Below, one piece after another: positions 49,713 to 63,303 of a stretch of 64,000 bases of DNA. The notes below the pieces were generated by a model that was given only the letters and a program-made list of their open reading frames with translations, was not told the DNA's origin and searched no databases. The stretch comes from Paragordius varius. Lineage: Eukaryota; Animalia; Nematomorpha. The stretch's first letter is position 1. Every line of letters starts with the position of its first letter. Where the stretch lies: positions 3,658,001 through 3,722,000 of the forward strand of contig OZ176050.1 in NCBI GenBank assembly GCA_964247055.1. Direction: 5' to 3'. Position numbers and translations under genes: made by a program.

Positions 49713-52700
49713 AACACTGGAAAAAAAGTTATAAAAAATTTGAAACTAAATATTGATAAAATTTACCAAAACATGGAGATAATCCATGGATCTCGAAATG
49801 GTATTTTTTCCATTATCAGCGCCATACTCTGTCCTTATTCGTTGACGTAATCGCAAAGTCACTTGATCTTTTATCTATTATAATATAAAAAATTTAAACT
49901 TAACTAATTAAATTTTTTTTTACTTAATTAGTAAATTTCATATATAATCAATGTATTAACCTAATCTTAGTAATAAATCTTCCAAAAATATTTTGTATTT
50001 TCACCATGTTTTTGAAAAGCATCAATCTTTATATCAATTGGTTTTATATATATCATATGATAATATTTATGAAATGCTGTTAGTTTTTGGCTAATTTCCA
50101 GAGATATTAAAAAGGCTATTAAAAATTGCATTATATAGTGTTATTATAAATAACCAGTGGCATAAAAGAATAGAATTAATTAACCTTATATATATACTTA
50201 TAATGTATTTAAGAAGGATAAATTAACAATTATTTAATAATGTATGTGGAATATATGATTATATTCCTTTATTTTAAAATTTAGGCTCATTTTCTCTAAA
50301 ATTTCTCTAAAGCGAGTCACGCAACAAAAAAAATATCGATGAATAAAATTTAAAAAAATACCAATCAACTGGATTTATTCAATAAAAATTATATATCGAG
50401 AACAAATATATATAGGAAATTTATTTAACGCATATAATTTAAACGTATATTATAAAAAATAATAGCCTAATTAAAAAACGTAATAAGTCAATAATTAGGT
50501 TATGATTCGAAAAAAAAACCAATATTTCAAGCGTATGGAAAAAGATGGTGACTTTTAAAAAATGCAATTCAAAATGCAAAATTTTATGCGTTAGTGAAGC
50601 TATAATGTAGGGCGTCGATAGCTTAATAAAAAATTTTAGCAAATCTATATCAACATTAGCAATATTATTTTAATTTTAAGTTAATTATGGAGTTTATCGT
50701 ACCACAACTGTATCCAAAATCAAATCGTAATCAATAATGACAAAAAATAATGTGGCCTTTACATACAATATCAGCTTATTAACTCGTTATAAAACGTCAG
50801 GTCAAACTATAAAATTATGTTCTTAAATTGGTTCATAACCTCCTTAAATTTGTCTTAACAAGCAGATAAATTTTTGCTGATATGGAGATTTAAATCTCAA
50901 AACCATAAACAAATGAATAAAAAAGAAAGTTTTGGGCTTCAAACATTGTATAATATACATAACCATTTTGAAATAATGTAAATAGTTATAAACGGGCCAT
51001 ATTAAATTCCAACCTATAAAACCATCTGTGTTGACAAACGTCCAATTTAAACATCAAATAAATATCTTACTATAAATTAATTAAAGAGATGAATAAAAAT
51101 AAATATTACGTGTGTGTATGATAACATAACTAACAACCATTGGCAATGTTAAAAAGTGTTGGTAAAAACCAGATTTGGTGAGCTGTAAGTTAAAAAAAGT
51201 TAATATGTGTACGCGCGTTTTTAAATGGTGTTAAATTTTTACCAAAAAACTGAAAAAATGTCAAATTCGAAAGATGAGAGCGAGAGAGAAATAAAAAATG
51301 GGAATGGCACTATACAACTTACTTTAGCAAAAGAATAAAAAAATCAATAACTAATACAAAAATTTTTTTAACATACATCGTAATAACCCCTCAATAATAA
51401 TTTGTCTTATGCGCGCAATATTTTTTTGATTTCTTATTAGCACACAAACCACGCGTATATAATTAGAAAGAGAATAAGAGTGGTGACACGCAACTGGTGA
51501 TTTGTTTTGTAAAAAAATAAAAATAGGTGTGGAAAAGGAAATTTTGACATAAAGATGAGTACTACGTATACACTTTAAAGATTATCTCGCCACACTTTTT
51601 TTAATAAACAATCAATAATTTTATATTTAATATATTTTTGTGAAATGTTTTTTTACCTTTACGCATCTATGATGTGAAAAAATAAAAGTCATAAAAAATA
51701 TAAAATTAAATTTAAAAAACTACCCCGCAAAATCGCAATTTTTTGCTAAATTTTCAATTAGGGCCAGTTAATTTCAAGAAAAAAGTTAAATTAAAACATA
51801 CATCATGAGTTATAAACAGGTATAAATAAGAAATATGCATTAGAAATATATAAATGTATTAAAATATATATCTCTAGGTGATATTGTCATACTTATTACA
51901 TAATGAATATATTAAAAAGTGTTTTATACCTCTGTACGATATACAGCAGCGAGGACTCCAATTGTAATTTGAGCTGCCAAGATTAACAGGAGAAGTATAA
52001 AATACTAAAAAATTAAAAAGAATATTATTTTAGATAACTATTTTTTATATAAATAATATTTTAAAGGTTTATGTATCAGCGCAAATAATTTTAGAGTTAA
52101 AAAACTAAAAAGCATAAAACTCTTCAAAATAATTGATCTACCCAATCAATATATTATCTTGCATTGTTATATGTAGCTGAATTAATTATTTTAATAAAAT
52201 AAAAAATGATATATTACGAATACAAGAAACAAATAATATTTCACGCGCATACACGATTTTTTACAGTTTCAACCTATGTTATTAAAAGTTGAAATATAAC
52301 AAATGTTGTAAAAAGATGTGAGTAATGCGGTTAATATTTCATATTTTGAGTTGATCAGTAAAAGTAAGACAATATATACATATACGCCCTTTAAGTTACA
52401 CAAAATATATTGTCTCTCACATATTAACATTAAATAAATGTAGGATAATTTAAAAAATACAATTAAAACTATAAGTATTACCAATCCAAGCATGCAGCGA
52501 TTTTCTTGAGCCGCACCACAGCACCCTAAAAATCCAACTAAAATAATAAAGCATCCAGATCCTATCAAAAGATAGGCTCCATATTTTAAAAGTGGATCAT
52601 TGCTGGTTAAGTCTAACAAATCAAAGTAGACTTGTTTTTCTTTGGCAACCAGAATGTATATACCAAGAGCAAGCATAGCTGCCCCAGCAATCTAAATAGT

Positions 52701-52780
52701 TAATTAAATTATACCCAAAAAATTATATTGAATAATATGAGTAGAATTTTTGAACATTTGGGTCCGAACCCACGAGCCAT
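45554..52780 (-). CDS. Tetraspanin copy 3, intact, 258 aa
   Basis: Exons 52715-52780, 52482-52691, 51930-52004, 49767-49874, 48732-48911, 46316-46399, 45554-45607; all phase 0, GT-AG. MARGFGPKCSKILLILFNIIFW (TM1), GFLGCCGAAQEN (TM2 and loop), TM3, large extracellular loop with CCG, PQTCC, C and GC (six Cys), TM4, CLCRNPSYE*. Confidence 0.93.
45745..46065 (-). mobile_element. 321-bp foldback retro-type insertion (Penelope-like or retrozyme-like) containing a hammerhead ribozyme
   Basis: 13-bp direct repeat TAAATGTATATTT on both sides (45732-45744 and 46066-46078). 63-bp inverted arms with one mismatch (45744-45806 and 45971-46033); inner imperfect arms (~45821-45850 and ~45897-45930). Absent from units 1 and 2. 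Confidence 0.8.
45853..45893 (-). ncRNA. Minimal type I hammerhead ribozyme
   Basis: Minus strand reads UCGUA-CUGAUGA-GUGCU(AACA)AGCAC-GAAA-CUAG-UC-UGCGA: full catalytic core, 5-bp stem II, 5-bp stem I (one G-U pair), 2-bp stem III with palindromic ACUAGU, and a GUC cleavage triplet (cut 3' of the C at 45858). Confidence 0.88.
46441..46657. repeat. Small inverted-repeat element with three ~21-bp tandem terminal repeats (MITE-like)
   Basis: aattca(aa)ttcaccct repeated three times at 46441-46498; inverted copy tttagggtgaatttgaatt at ~46637-46655. Absent from units 1 and 2. Confidence 0.45.
47395..48716 (-). mobile_element. Defective Tc1/mariner element with long TIRs (1322 bp)
   Basis: TA|CAGTCATGTCTATATAGAATTGTCAGAAATTCG ... 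CGAATTTCTGACAATTCTATATAGACATGACTG|TA; empty site tcata|taaatctcaac in copy 2 (~36.66 kb). Minus-strand remnant CDNAPTHK...VYLPPYSPQLNPIECFF (frameshifted). Confidence 0.87.
48402..48583. mobile_element. 182-bp TA-TSD MITE nested in the right TIR of the Tc1 element
   Basis: ~61-bp TIR CAGTAGCGTATGCAGTAAAAGATTGTTAGTGCAAAATAATCTTAATGAA... with one mismatch; TA at 48400-48401 and 48584-48585. It interrupts sequence that is continuous in the host's left TIR. Confidence 0.85.
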
Positions 52781-54439
52781 TTCGGATAAAACAAATGTTT
52801 ATATGAAAGTTATAATGTAACAGCTATGTTACCATATTGTTTAAATTTATGCATCGTCTAACACTTTACAACACATTCATTATAGTTCGATTAAAATTAG
52901 GATAGTTGGATACCCCAGGACTGTTTAAAATTAAATAATTTAAAAATATAGAAGAAATTAATACCATGGTAAAACTTTGCACTTATATAAACATTAATAA
53001 ACCGCAATATAAAAAAAATTTTATTTAAAAATACTTGATACTATTTATTTTAAGGAAAAACACAAATGTAAAAAGTTAGTCAACGTAACATCTATGCATT
53101 GGCTAAATTAAAAAATAATACAAATAGTCTACCAATGTTAGATGTAATTTAATAAAATTTTAGCTTTAATTTTATCTTTAAAATTAAATGAACACGATAT
53201 TTTGCAAACATTTTTTATAATAAAAATGCGTCGAAGTTTGACATGGTACCTTTTTTCAAAACGAAATTTTATTTATTTATATAATTTTTATTAGGATAGA
53301 AGCATAAATTTAAATGGGGACCGTTTCTTTTAATTTTCATTTAGTATGGGGTATTTATATACCCCAATTTGAATCAAAGTGCTAAAGGAAGAGAATTAAA
53401 ATAAATTTTAATTTAATTAAATTATCCATAAAAAATTTAAGTTTTTTCACAATATAAAGCAAAAAATGCAGATAATGAGGTTTAAAAAGTTATATATTAT
53501 TCATAAACTTTGCACATAATTGAGGTTTATATAAATTATCTTGCTGGAAATATTCTGAAAGATAAATGCATCAGGATTATCAGGACCCTTTTAATTAAAG
53601 GCCTAAGGGATATGCGAAAATTATTAGCTCGTTTAGAGTAACTCCATATCAGACCATGGCGAAATTTGCTCACATTTTGTTTAATAAAATTTATGTGATA
53701 GCTAAATCCTTCATTCCAAAATATGTAATAAATCATCTACAAAAAAACTTTTTTTTAATATTTTAAATTTCAGATATGTGCCCTAGTTTAAAACTTTGGG
53801 CGTTCTAAAAGGGGTAAATTTTAACTAAAATGCAAAAATTCCGATATTAAGTGATTAAATCCTTAAATATGTGCCAAATTTTGACATACAGTTTGACAAA
53901 TGGATCTTGGTTAATATTTTGATTTGAATTGGGTATATAACCTCAAACTATATTAGAGATTATATTTTATAAAAAACTACTGAAAGAACGGTCCTTTAAA
54001 TTCATGCTTTTAACCTAATAAAAATTTTATAAAAGCCGAAATATCCAAATAAATAGTTTTAAAAAAAAGTTCCATATTACTTTGGCGCCATATATATTTT
54101 ATAACAGTTTTGCAAAATATCATGTTTGTTTAATTTTATAGAGAAAACTAAAGCTAATTTTTTATTTAAATCACTAACACTGATTTAACAGAAAAAGTCG
54201 TTAATTTTGTGTGTGTGTGTATGTATTACGAGTCGAGGTCAACTTTTTGCAATATAGTAAATAAAACTTCTCCATAGGTTGCGATTTTTAGTTTTAATGT
54301 GTTCTGCCAAGGTTGCATTGGTTTCTTCTATTTGTTAATTTAGTTAATGCACACATGTCATATTAACTAAATTTTTACCTTTGGGTTTTACCTCAAACAA
54401 GTAATAACTTTTGAATAACTTTTTTATATTTCAGTTCAT

Positions 54440-54900
54440 TAATGTTACTTAGGTGCAAACGTTTGCCATGGTTTCAATAACTTGGATAATTGTTGAGGTA
54501 TTTAAACCGGATGGGGTATCCAACTACCTTTATATGAATCGAAGGACTAAAATGAATGTGATGTATCCAAGTGTTAAATATTATGACCATTTTTGGTTTC
54601 ATTTTGATACTTTTCCTCTGGGTTGAATGCCTAAACCTTATTTACTATATTTAGCCTCGCCTGTAGCCATTGCTCCAAAGCATATAGAGCTTTTCATCCG
54701 CAGTTAGTTGTGCCGGAACCATATGTCACAATTGGTGTTATCAGACTATTGATTTTTGGTTTTAAAAATATGTCTTCTGAGAAAGCTAGTTTAATAATTG
54801 CTTTTTGGGGTTATTCATAACGGTTAACATTTCATTGCCTTTTTATTTGTTCAAGTTTACATATTGTGGTTTCAGAGCTCAACTTTGTAAATAAACTACT
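54440..54900 (-). mobile_element. Highly decayed LINE reverse-transcriptase C-terminal remnant
   Basis: Minus-strand SLITPIVTYGS resembles the YKxLIRPxxTYGSE motif of RTE/CR1-type LINEs; surrounding frames are closed. Confidence 0.35.
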
Positions 54901-55555
54901 GTTTTGAAAGTTATTTTAGTTAATATTTAATTATCAAACATCTTTCTTATGTCAGAGATAAAAAGGCAGATAATTTTACAGTTTTGTGATTTCTAGTCTA
55001 AATTTTGGACATCTACACACGATTACAACAAACACCTGATATTAAAATACATATTTTTCCCATTTGTATAAGCGAATTAAAAAAAATCATAAGGAAAAAA
55101 AGTTTGAGATGAGATTTTATTATAATTTAACATTTTCTTATAAAAAATTGTAAAAGCGCCTAATAGGCTAAAGAAAGTATATTTTAATATTCGGCTTAGT
55201 AACTTAAATACTTTTTAAAATATTAAAATTTCAGATCGCTCTGGGTTATAAAACTAACTTAAAAGGTAATGGAGTTTTAATAAATTAGCAAAACTAATAA
55301 ATAAAGAATCGTTTTCCATAAAAACTCAAGGCGGAAACAATTTATGTAAATAAACACAATATAAAAAGTGAAATTAAATGACAAAATTTATAAGTACTAT
55401 AAAACCTGACAATTTAAGCCTACATAATTATAGTTATAACTTTCTACGATGCAATTGTTAAATTTAACAGTTATATATTGTCCTCATCTCTTAATAAAAT
55501 ATCACTATAAATCTTTACATCATTGCTTTTGTAAAAACAAGTATTTTATATAATA

Positions 55556-57221
55556 CTAGCGTAAATCTGGTGCTGCTACGCAGCCCGAGGAAGTCCTTCG
55601 GACTTTTTGGGGGTGGAGGAGGGGGCGCTATTAGAAAAAAGGGAAACAAAATTGTGATCCATATATGTGGATTATTTCGAAACATTTTTTAATAGTTATG
55701 ATCTCCTAGGATTTTCAAAACGGTTTCATTCAAAACTGTGCATTCATGCTATTATATTGTTTACTGTTGTGAAGGCCCCAAATTGACGGCTAACGGAAAA
55801 AACGATATTCCAAATTTTTATCTATGAGTAAAGCCTTTATTGAACTCGTATGGCTTCTTGAGTTTTTTGAAAATTAGCTCCAAAACCACGCCATTTTTGT
55901 ATGGCGTCTCAGTTTTAAACCGGTAGACCCCTGCCCATAGACCTATATGGAAAAACCGCTGAGTTAAATTTTTTGCCTTTATAAGGCAAATATTTAAAAT
56001 CATCTTTGATCCCATCTTCTCATGGGTTATTTGAAAAAATACCTCAACACTAGATAATCGTTATGCGATGGCGTATTTTTAGGGCTTAAAGGCCCCAAAT
56101 TAACTGCTAATAAAAAAACGCCTGACCTTTTTTGCCTAGTTACGGGTAATATTTCAAGCTTTTAATAAGCTCATCATAAATTTCATGTAAATTAGCTCCA
56201 AAACAACGCAATTTCTATATAGTGGCGCAGTTTTTGGCGGGTAGCTCTTTACCGACGTACGTAAAAAGGCGTCGGGCAAAATTTTTGCCTTTATATGGGG
56301 AATATCTGGAATTATCATTGATTCCATATGTTTATATAAGTTCTTGGAAATATTCCTTCAAAACTAAAAAATTGTTCTATGGCGGCGCAATTTTCAGGGC
56401 GTAAAACTTTACTTAGCCTCATTGAAATATTTCCCTATACTAAAATATTTTTTTAAGGGTTAATAGATATTTTAGGCCCTTATTGAACTCACATAGTCCC
56501 ATAGGTTTCTGAAATTTGGCTCCAAAGGCATGCTGTATCGATAGGTGTCGCAGTTTTTAGCCTCGTAACCAGAGGCAAAACAAAAAAACGCGATTAAAAT
56601 TTTGGCCTTACTTCGGGTAATACCTGGTATTATGATTGATTCCATATGCTCCCGTGGGATTTTCAAAAAATTGCCTCAAAACCAAAAAAGTCTATGGTGG
56701 CGCATTTTTCAGGGCAAGGGCCTAATTAAGGGGTAATTTGGAAAATCCGCTCGACTTAAATTTTTGCCTTATAACGGGAAATACCTGGATCCTTATTGAA
56801 TTTTCACGGTCTCATACCTTGGGCAAAAAAAAGATTCAAAAAAATATTTTTGTGGAGTTAATTTTTTGAAAATGGCATTTTACGGGGGAAGCGGGTAAAA
56901 AGAGGGCCTAAATTAAAAAAGCGAGCCGACTATGTTCGGCGCAATCGAAAATAAATAAAAAAAAATCATATTTGAAATCGAATGGTCCAACACGCTTTCG
57001 GAAAATTGTCTCAAAGACACGATTTTTGTTGACTTTTGTTTTAAAAAAAACCGTTTTTTACAGGGGGTGGGTCCAAACTGGGGATCTAATTCAAAAAAAT
57101 AGCGAAGCTATTGTCGGGCATACATTAATGATTATTTTCGACATTTGGATTTGAATGGGTCTACCGGTTTTCCTGAAACAGATCACAAAGCCAGCATTTT
57201 TCAGTTTTATAAATATATAGA
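55556..57221 (-). mobile_element. Non-autonomous Helitron, long form (1666 bp), both ends intact
   Basis: On the minus strand: A|TCTATATATTTATAAAA ... two hairpins ... ATTTACGCTAG|T. Inserted at an A|T dinucleotide with no TSD. Confidence 0.9.
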
Positions 57222-57357
57222 TTAATATATTCACACATAAAAGCTTCATCCCATATATTTACAATTATATTATAACAAATGTATTTAAGATTTTAAACTA
57301 ATTGGCGCTTAAGAAATTATTATATTTAAACAATTGAAGTTTTTATTTTTTTTTAAA

Positions 57358-60300
57358 TTAAAAAAGGATGTTTAATATCCAATTAAAATGTCTTGTAACA
57401 TTGATGAAATAGTTTATTGAATCTGGACTGCATGATCCATCGCTACTAACCCATAATCCAACAACGGAGGATTGAACTGTAAAAAAATTATAATTAATCG
57501 TGAAGTTAGAATTATAAATCGTGTTTGCGTTTAATATTGCAACGGTACATATGTCAAGAGATTGCGACCTAATAAATTTTGTCTTAAATTTAAAATAATA
57601 AAAACCGATATCTTTATAGCCGAAAAAATAGTTCGTTATAAAAAGCTCGTAAAAATTTTTATCAAGCAGGCCTCGATAGATTCTTAATGATTTATCCTGA
57701 ATTAAAACTAACAAAAACAATTAGACTGTATAGCTATGATATTTTTTTTATAACAATAAAAGAAAAACTCCTTATTAGGGACACCTTACAAAACGATGGC
57801 TATATAAAGAAAATTAGTATGAGTACAAAGGGTAAATTTTATGATAGATCTTTTTATGGATTCCTTAAAATTAATATAAATAAATCATCCAAACTGAAAA
57901 ATGGTTATATTCCTCTGAATCAGTTAAGTACGGTTACAAATCACTCACTTTTAGCTATATTTGTAAAGGCAGAAAATTTTGATGCAAGTTTTTTACTATG
58001 TTTTCTTTATTTGTCGCATAAATATTTTGATTTTATAAATATTTAATATACTTGGATCATCAATCATTATGGGGCTTCCCAATTGCCCTCTGCACATGTA
58101 TTGATCACTTTTTGCACAAAATATTTTATCATGAGATAATGGATGCAAGCAATCTGGCATAATTGTTATATTGAACGTTCGTAAAAATAAACTTTGCTCT
58201 CCATGATCTATAATTTAATTAATAGAATTGACAAAATTTTAACTAAATAGACAAACCCTTAAAACTAAAGGACTAATATTTTTTTATCACATTACATTAT
58301 ATATATATATATAACCTATCGTTCTGGGTTTTATACAAATAATTAAGTTATCAATAGGTAATAGAATGAATCTATATAAAATAATTTTTTAGGTTACATA
58401 GACATATAAGGTTTTAAAAAGTATGGTTGTCTTTTTAAAAAATAACACTTTAATTTTTCTTTATTTTAATTTTGAAGGTAAATTAGGACCAAAATAACGC
58501 CTTTTAAAAAGCATTCAAGTTACAATTTTACTTTATCATTTGCCATTAGGGTTTATGCTTTAACTATTTATGAACGTATATTACGAGAACATAAATATGT
58601 TAAAAACTGGTCTGATATCTTATCCTTTTTTATATAAATTACAAATATAGTGGTGGAGTTATTAAAATATATAAAATATAAATTAATTGAATAATAATAT
58701 TTGGGAACTGCTCTGTTGAAACGGTTAGAATGTGAAATAGTTATCAATGGTTGCCTCATTGTGTCAAAAATTAAAATAAAATAAAAATGGTAAAAGTTTT
58801 ATTTAATGATAGATACATGTTTTTTAAGGTTATGAAAAGTTTAATAAATTATTATCAGATAAAAGTCAAAGATTGAAAGCAGAACCGCTTTTGTAGATTC
58901 ATATACTGTTTTAGAGGCATAAGCTCACGATATAAAAGGTTTTTAGAATTTAATTTTAATTATTTTAAAAAAAAATAATATAAAAATAAGTAGAAGGCAA
59001 TAATATTTTGTGCTTAACATAAATTTTGGCGCATTCATAAATATCAAAATATAGGTTATTTGTAAATAACTGGAATTAGAAACATTCAAAATTTAACCGT
59101 ACTTATTAAAAAACAATGCCAAATCAAAATATGAAATTTTTTGATCAATTTTACTTCATATATAGTAAAATTCAAGAAATTATTTTATTCGTTATTAATT
59201 AAAAAAAATCAAAATTTTTCTTTTAAGCCATTTTGTAAAAATGCAAAACTTGCAAAAATTAAATTCCACTTTCTTATCTTGACATTAGGTCATATTTATT
59301 GTTTTGGCCCTATGTGGCATGCAGTAACGAGCACTATAACACTGTTTCTTACAAAATATTGTATGTAGGATGTAATTGTTTGTTTGTGGATAATTTTAAA
59401 AGTTTTAATAAAAAATAGCTTTACTTGTCAAACCCCAGCTTGCCGCATACCAAATTTCCTCAGAACTATTGCCGACCATTGGGAGACAAGCCGTATGAAT
59501 AGATGTATCAAGTGATAAAAATTGATAGTTATGCGGCACCAAATTAAAATGCGTATGATGCCTACCAATTAATACTAATGCCAAACTGTCAGTCACCTCA
59601 AATAATCCATCGTAATCTACAAACGTATAGTTATACATTTTTAAAATATATATATTTGAATGTATCCAAATGAGCAGTGAAATACAATGAGGTAACTATC
59701 GCCCTACCCCGTGCAAAAAGTTCTTAATTATATAAAAACTGTAAACAGATAAAGTGAGGTTTTATTTCACTAATTTTTTTAACACTCTGTTTTGAGCGAT
59801 CAAAATATAGATAATTACTAGATAGACTGTGCTTATGTTTTAAGCATAGATGTAATATTAGAACATAAATATATAGGATATTCGCCCATGATTAAACATC
59901 AAATTATCCTAGACCCCTGAAATAAAAATAGTAAATTTATGACCGTCCAAATATCAAGTCAAGCGACCACAAACCTTACGGTATATAACCATTTTTACCC
60001 CCTATTAATAAATGGTTTGAATGTTATCTAATTATGAAAAAAATTAACATGCTATACAAAAATCCCCGGGCCAAAATTTAAGTAATACTGACATGTGTTA
60101 TTTGAGCTGTGAAATATTCTGGAGATTCCATAATGCTTTTCACTCACATCTATCGAATGCGTGAAGTAATCCCCTACTACAATCAGTATATTGGTGTAAT
60201 TAACTGGTGGAATGTTTTTGAAACAAGAAGATACAGTTAAAATCCAAGAATCCATTATTATAACGCCTGTACAGATATGTTTCCCTTCATACAAAAATCT

Positions 60301-63300
60301 TGCTAACCTAAAATATCATCAATATATAATTCATTGGCAAAAAATATTTGACATACTTGTTTTAATCTTATTTATTAAAATCAATTTCCAAAAGTTAAAC
60401 CATAAGAAGTTCCCACTCATAAAAATCAAAAAAAAACTTTTATAAAAGTTTGTAATTTATTTTTTCGTAGATAACAAATACATACCATGGAACTAAATGA
60501 TGAATTGGGACTTGATTGTACGATAGTGATTGCTTTACTAATAAATTCATTAAATGGTCATCGTAAGTATGGTGAATACCACATAGTACCGCTAACGAAT
60601 AAATATAAAATTTAAAATTATATTATATATAAATATGTTGTAAACGATTTTACAAGAGATTTCACCTTTACCCTAATTTATGCCATTTCTTCCTTCATTA
60701 AAAATTTTGTTCTCAATATTGTTTAATCAAAAAATATTTATAATATTTATTGTCAAATTATCCAGAGCCAGTTGACGGATTTAAAAACAAATAAATCTTT
60801 TATGAGTGTGTAAGGCATCAAGATATGATTTAAATTCCATATTAAAACTTTTACTTTTGCGTATATAGACTTAAGTTATCTATCATCCAAATGCACAGAT
60901 CAAATTTTTTACATAAGGCAGTTTACCATAATCTTTACAACACCAATTCGCCATTTTAAAATTATTTTTTTGATAAAATAATTTAAAAAATTACTTGTAT
61001 TACATTCTTGGCCAAAATATCCCTTACGGCAATGGCAATGCCCATAGGAGTCACAAGCCCCATTCGAATTATTAGATGTACATCGACATCCTTCATAAAA
61101 ATAATTAAAGGTTGATAAATATATTAAAAAATTATATAAATATAGCGAATCCGCCTTTATTGACCTGATGTCCGCATGTTGAGGCTTTATTGTGAAACAT
61201 CTAGTAGAGCTTTATACACACTAATGGTTTAGAACATCTTTTTAAAAATTTATGGTAAATATATAACACATAAATATTTTTGAATCTGATTTTACGATTC
61301 CGATATCTCTATTTTCGAAACTATTTGACGTAAGTAATTAAATTTATATTTTACCGAAATCCAATCAAGTGCAACTTAAATTTTATTACAATCAAAATTT
61401 TATATATTTTAATGTTATTTTTTGAAATTTAGATTGGCTTTAATATCAAATACATGGCTCTTCCCATTTTTTTACATTTGATTCAAATTAACATTTAAAC
61501 ACAAATTTAACATAATAGTTCTTTATTTGGGTACGGACCCTTATAATAATATTAAATGGTAAATTTTGATTTAGTATTCAACACATACGTAATGCACCTA
61601 TCAACTGCATATGATTCACAAATCTATTACCCCTATTGAACATATCTTATAAATGATTTTTAACAGTAAACGACAACGACAGTTTGTAATTACATATTTG
61701 TAGCAATAAATTTGGTTCAGATTTGATAATATTATTTAAAATAAAATAATATTTTATGAAATTATATTACATACATACTTTTCTCACAACGCTTTCCAGT
61801 GTAACCGAGTCCACACGCACAAAAACCGCGTGCATCACACTGTGAAAACAAAGAATTAGTGGGGTGGCATAGGCACGCTTTACTGCAATCACCATAGTAA
61901 CCTGGCTTACATTTGCAATGCCCGATTTCATTACAATCAGTTATTGAGATACTATGGGAGATGTGACAATCACAGGCTACAAAAGGATGCATTTTATAAG
62001 TATTAAACAGAATAGAATGGGTCTTTAGTATGGTTGGGATTTCATCAGTATATAAGTTTGATAAATAGCCAAAATAGCTAAAACAACTCGTTTATTTTAT
62101 TCTATGTTTGCGCCAAATTACTTAAACAAATTTTACATTCGATTATGAGGTGGGAAACCATTTAGCATATTTTCGCATTGCAAAAAATAAAAATTGCATA
62201 AGAAATTTCTATAAAAAATATAGCTCCTATATAATAATTAACATATACGTAGGTTACATCTCCGACCATGATAGTTTGAGTGACATAAACAGTATCCAAA
62301 TGAATCACATACTCCATGACTACCACAAACGCTGCAATTGCATTCTGATATATCATTTAAGAATATATATGAAATCAGGAAATTTTGAAACATATATAAA
62401 CCATAATCCTAATCTATATATTTAAATGGAAAATGCTGGCTTTGTGATCTGGTACCAGAAAACCAGTAGACCCATTCAAATCCAAACTTCGAAAAATATA
62501 TTCATTAATGAATGCCCCGACAATAGCTTCGCCCTTTTTTTGAAATAGGCCCCCAGTTCGGGCCCACCCCGTGTGAAAAACGGGTTTTTTTGAAAACAGA
62601 AGTCCACAAAAATCGTGTCTTTGAGACAATTTTCTGGAGAACGTGTTGGACCATTCAATTTCAAATATGATTTTTGTTTACTTATTTCGATTGCGCCGAA
62701 CATAGTCATCTCGCTATTTTGATATAGGCCCTTTTTTACCCGCTCCCCCCGTAAAATGCCATTTTTTAAAAAAGCAAAATCCACAAAAATAATTTTTTAA
62801 GTCTATTTTTCCCCCAAGTAAACAATATATTAGTATGAATGCACCGTTTTAAAATTCCTATAAAATCATATTTAAATAATGTTTCGAAATCCACATATGT
62901 GGATCATTTTATTGTCCCTTATTTCAAATAGCCCCCCCAGAAGTCCGAACACGAGATTTACGCTAGTAAATTTATAAAGATTGAAGCAGAATCGGCTATG
63001 CTAAACGATAATTGTTTTGGTTTAATTATAATATAATTAGCGAAAATAGGTTCCTTATCTTATAGATGATAGATATTAATTTTTTACTTCATAATTTTGT
63101 TATTTAATATTATATTATAAAATAATAAAACTTAATTTGCAAATATAGAAGCACAATAATTTTTTTAAAAATAAAATTGGAATAATATCAACTGAAAATA
63201 AAACTTTTTTCACAATTGATTCCATAATAATTGGGTTTGCAATCACAATACCCATTCTGTTGACAGACGATAGAAGCCGAGTGGGCCGGATGACATTTGC

Positions 63301-63303
63301 AAT
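57358..63303 (-). CDS. EGF-like-repeat protein with a C-terminal catalytically inactive trypsin-like domain (serine protease homologue); 5' end not located
   Basis: Phase-1 EGF-like exons 63205-63303, 62249-62344, 61779-61976 (two repeats) and 60995-61090. Protease exons 60486-60592 (LCG...VPW), 60093-60307 (HICTGVIIMDSWILTVSSCF), 59425-59616 (TDSLALV...TACLP...SWG), 58052-58207 (IFCA...CRGQLGSP) and 57358-57476 (VVGL...GSC...YFINVTRHFNWIL*). Confidence 0.85.
62413..62966 (+). mobile_element. Non-autonomous Helitron, short (~554 bp) form, intronic
   Basis: A|TCTATATATTTAAATGG head; 3' gagatttacgCTAG|T; near-colinear with the 1492-2048 copy; terminal hairpin partly deleted. Confidence 0.85.

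Larger units (their letters stand above)
11279..54410. repeat. Tandem segmental triplication; units approx. 11279-34722, 34723-44935 and 44936-54410
   Basis: The same blocks recur in the same order, e.g. aaaattaaaaccaatcaaaaa...gaatgggaagaata at ~11.3, 34.7 and 44.95 kb, and all tetraspanin exons occur three times. A diverged spacer copy at ~53.9-54.4 kb (ctgcacacatgtcat...ttttacct) marks the right boundary. Confidence 0.88.

Noticed and set aside
53536-53736. 66-aa ORF with slightly raised GC upstream of tetraspanin copy 3
   Set aside because: No motif, no splice partners, no repeat counterpart recognised.
57477-57720. N-terminal part of the 120-aa ORF 57358-57720 as coding sequence
   Set aside because: Phase analysis places the last acceptor at 57477/57476 (ttttacag); the upstream acceptor at 57569 gives an in-frame stop, so this part is intron.
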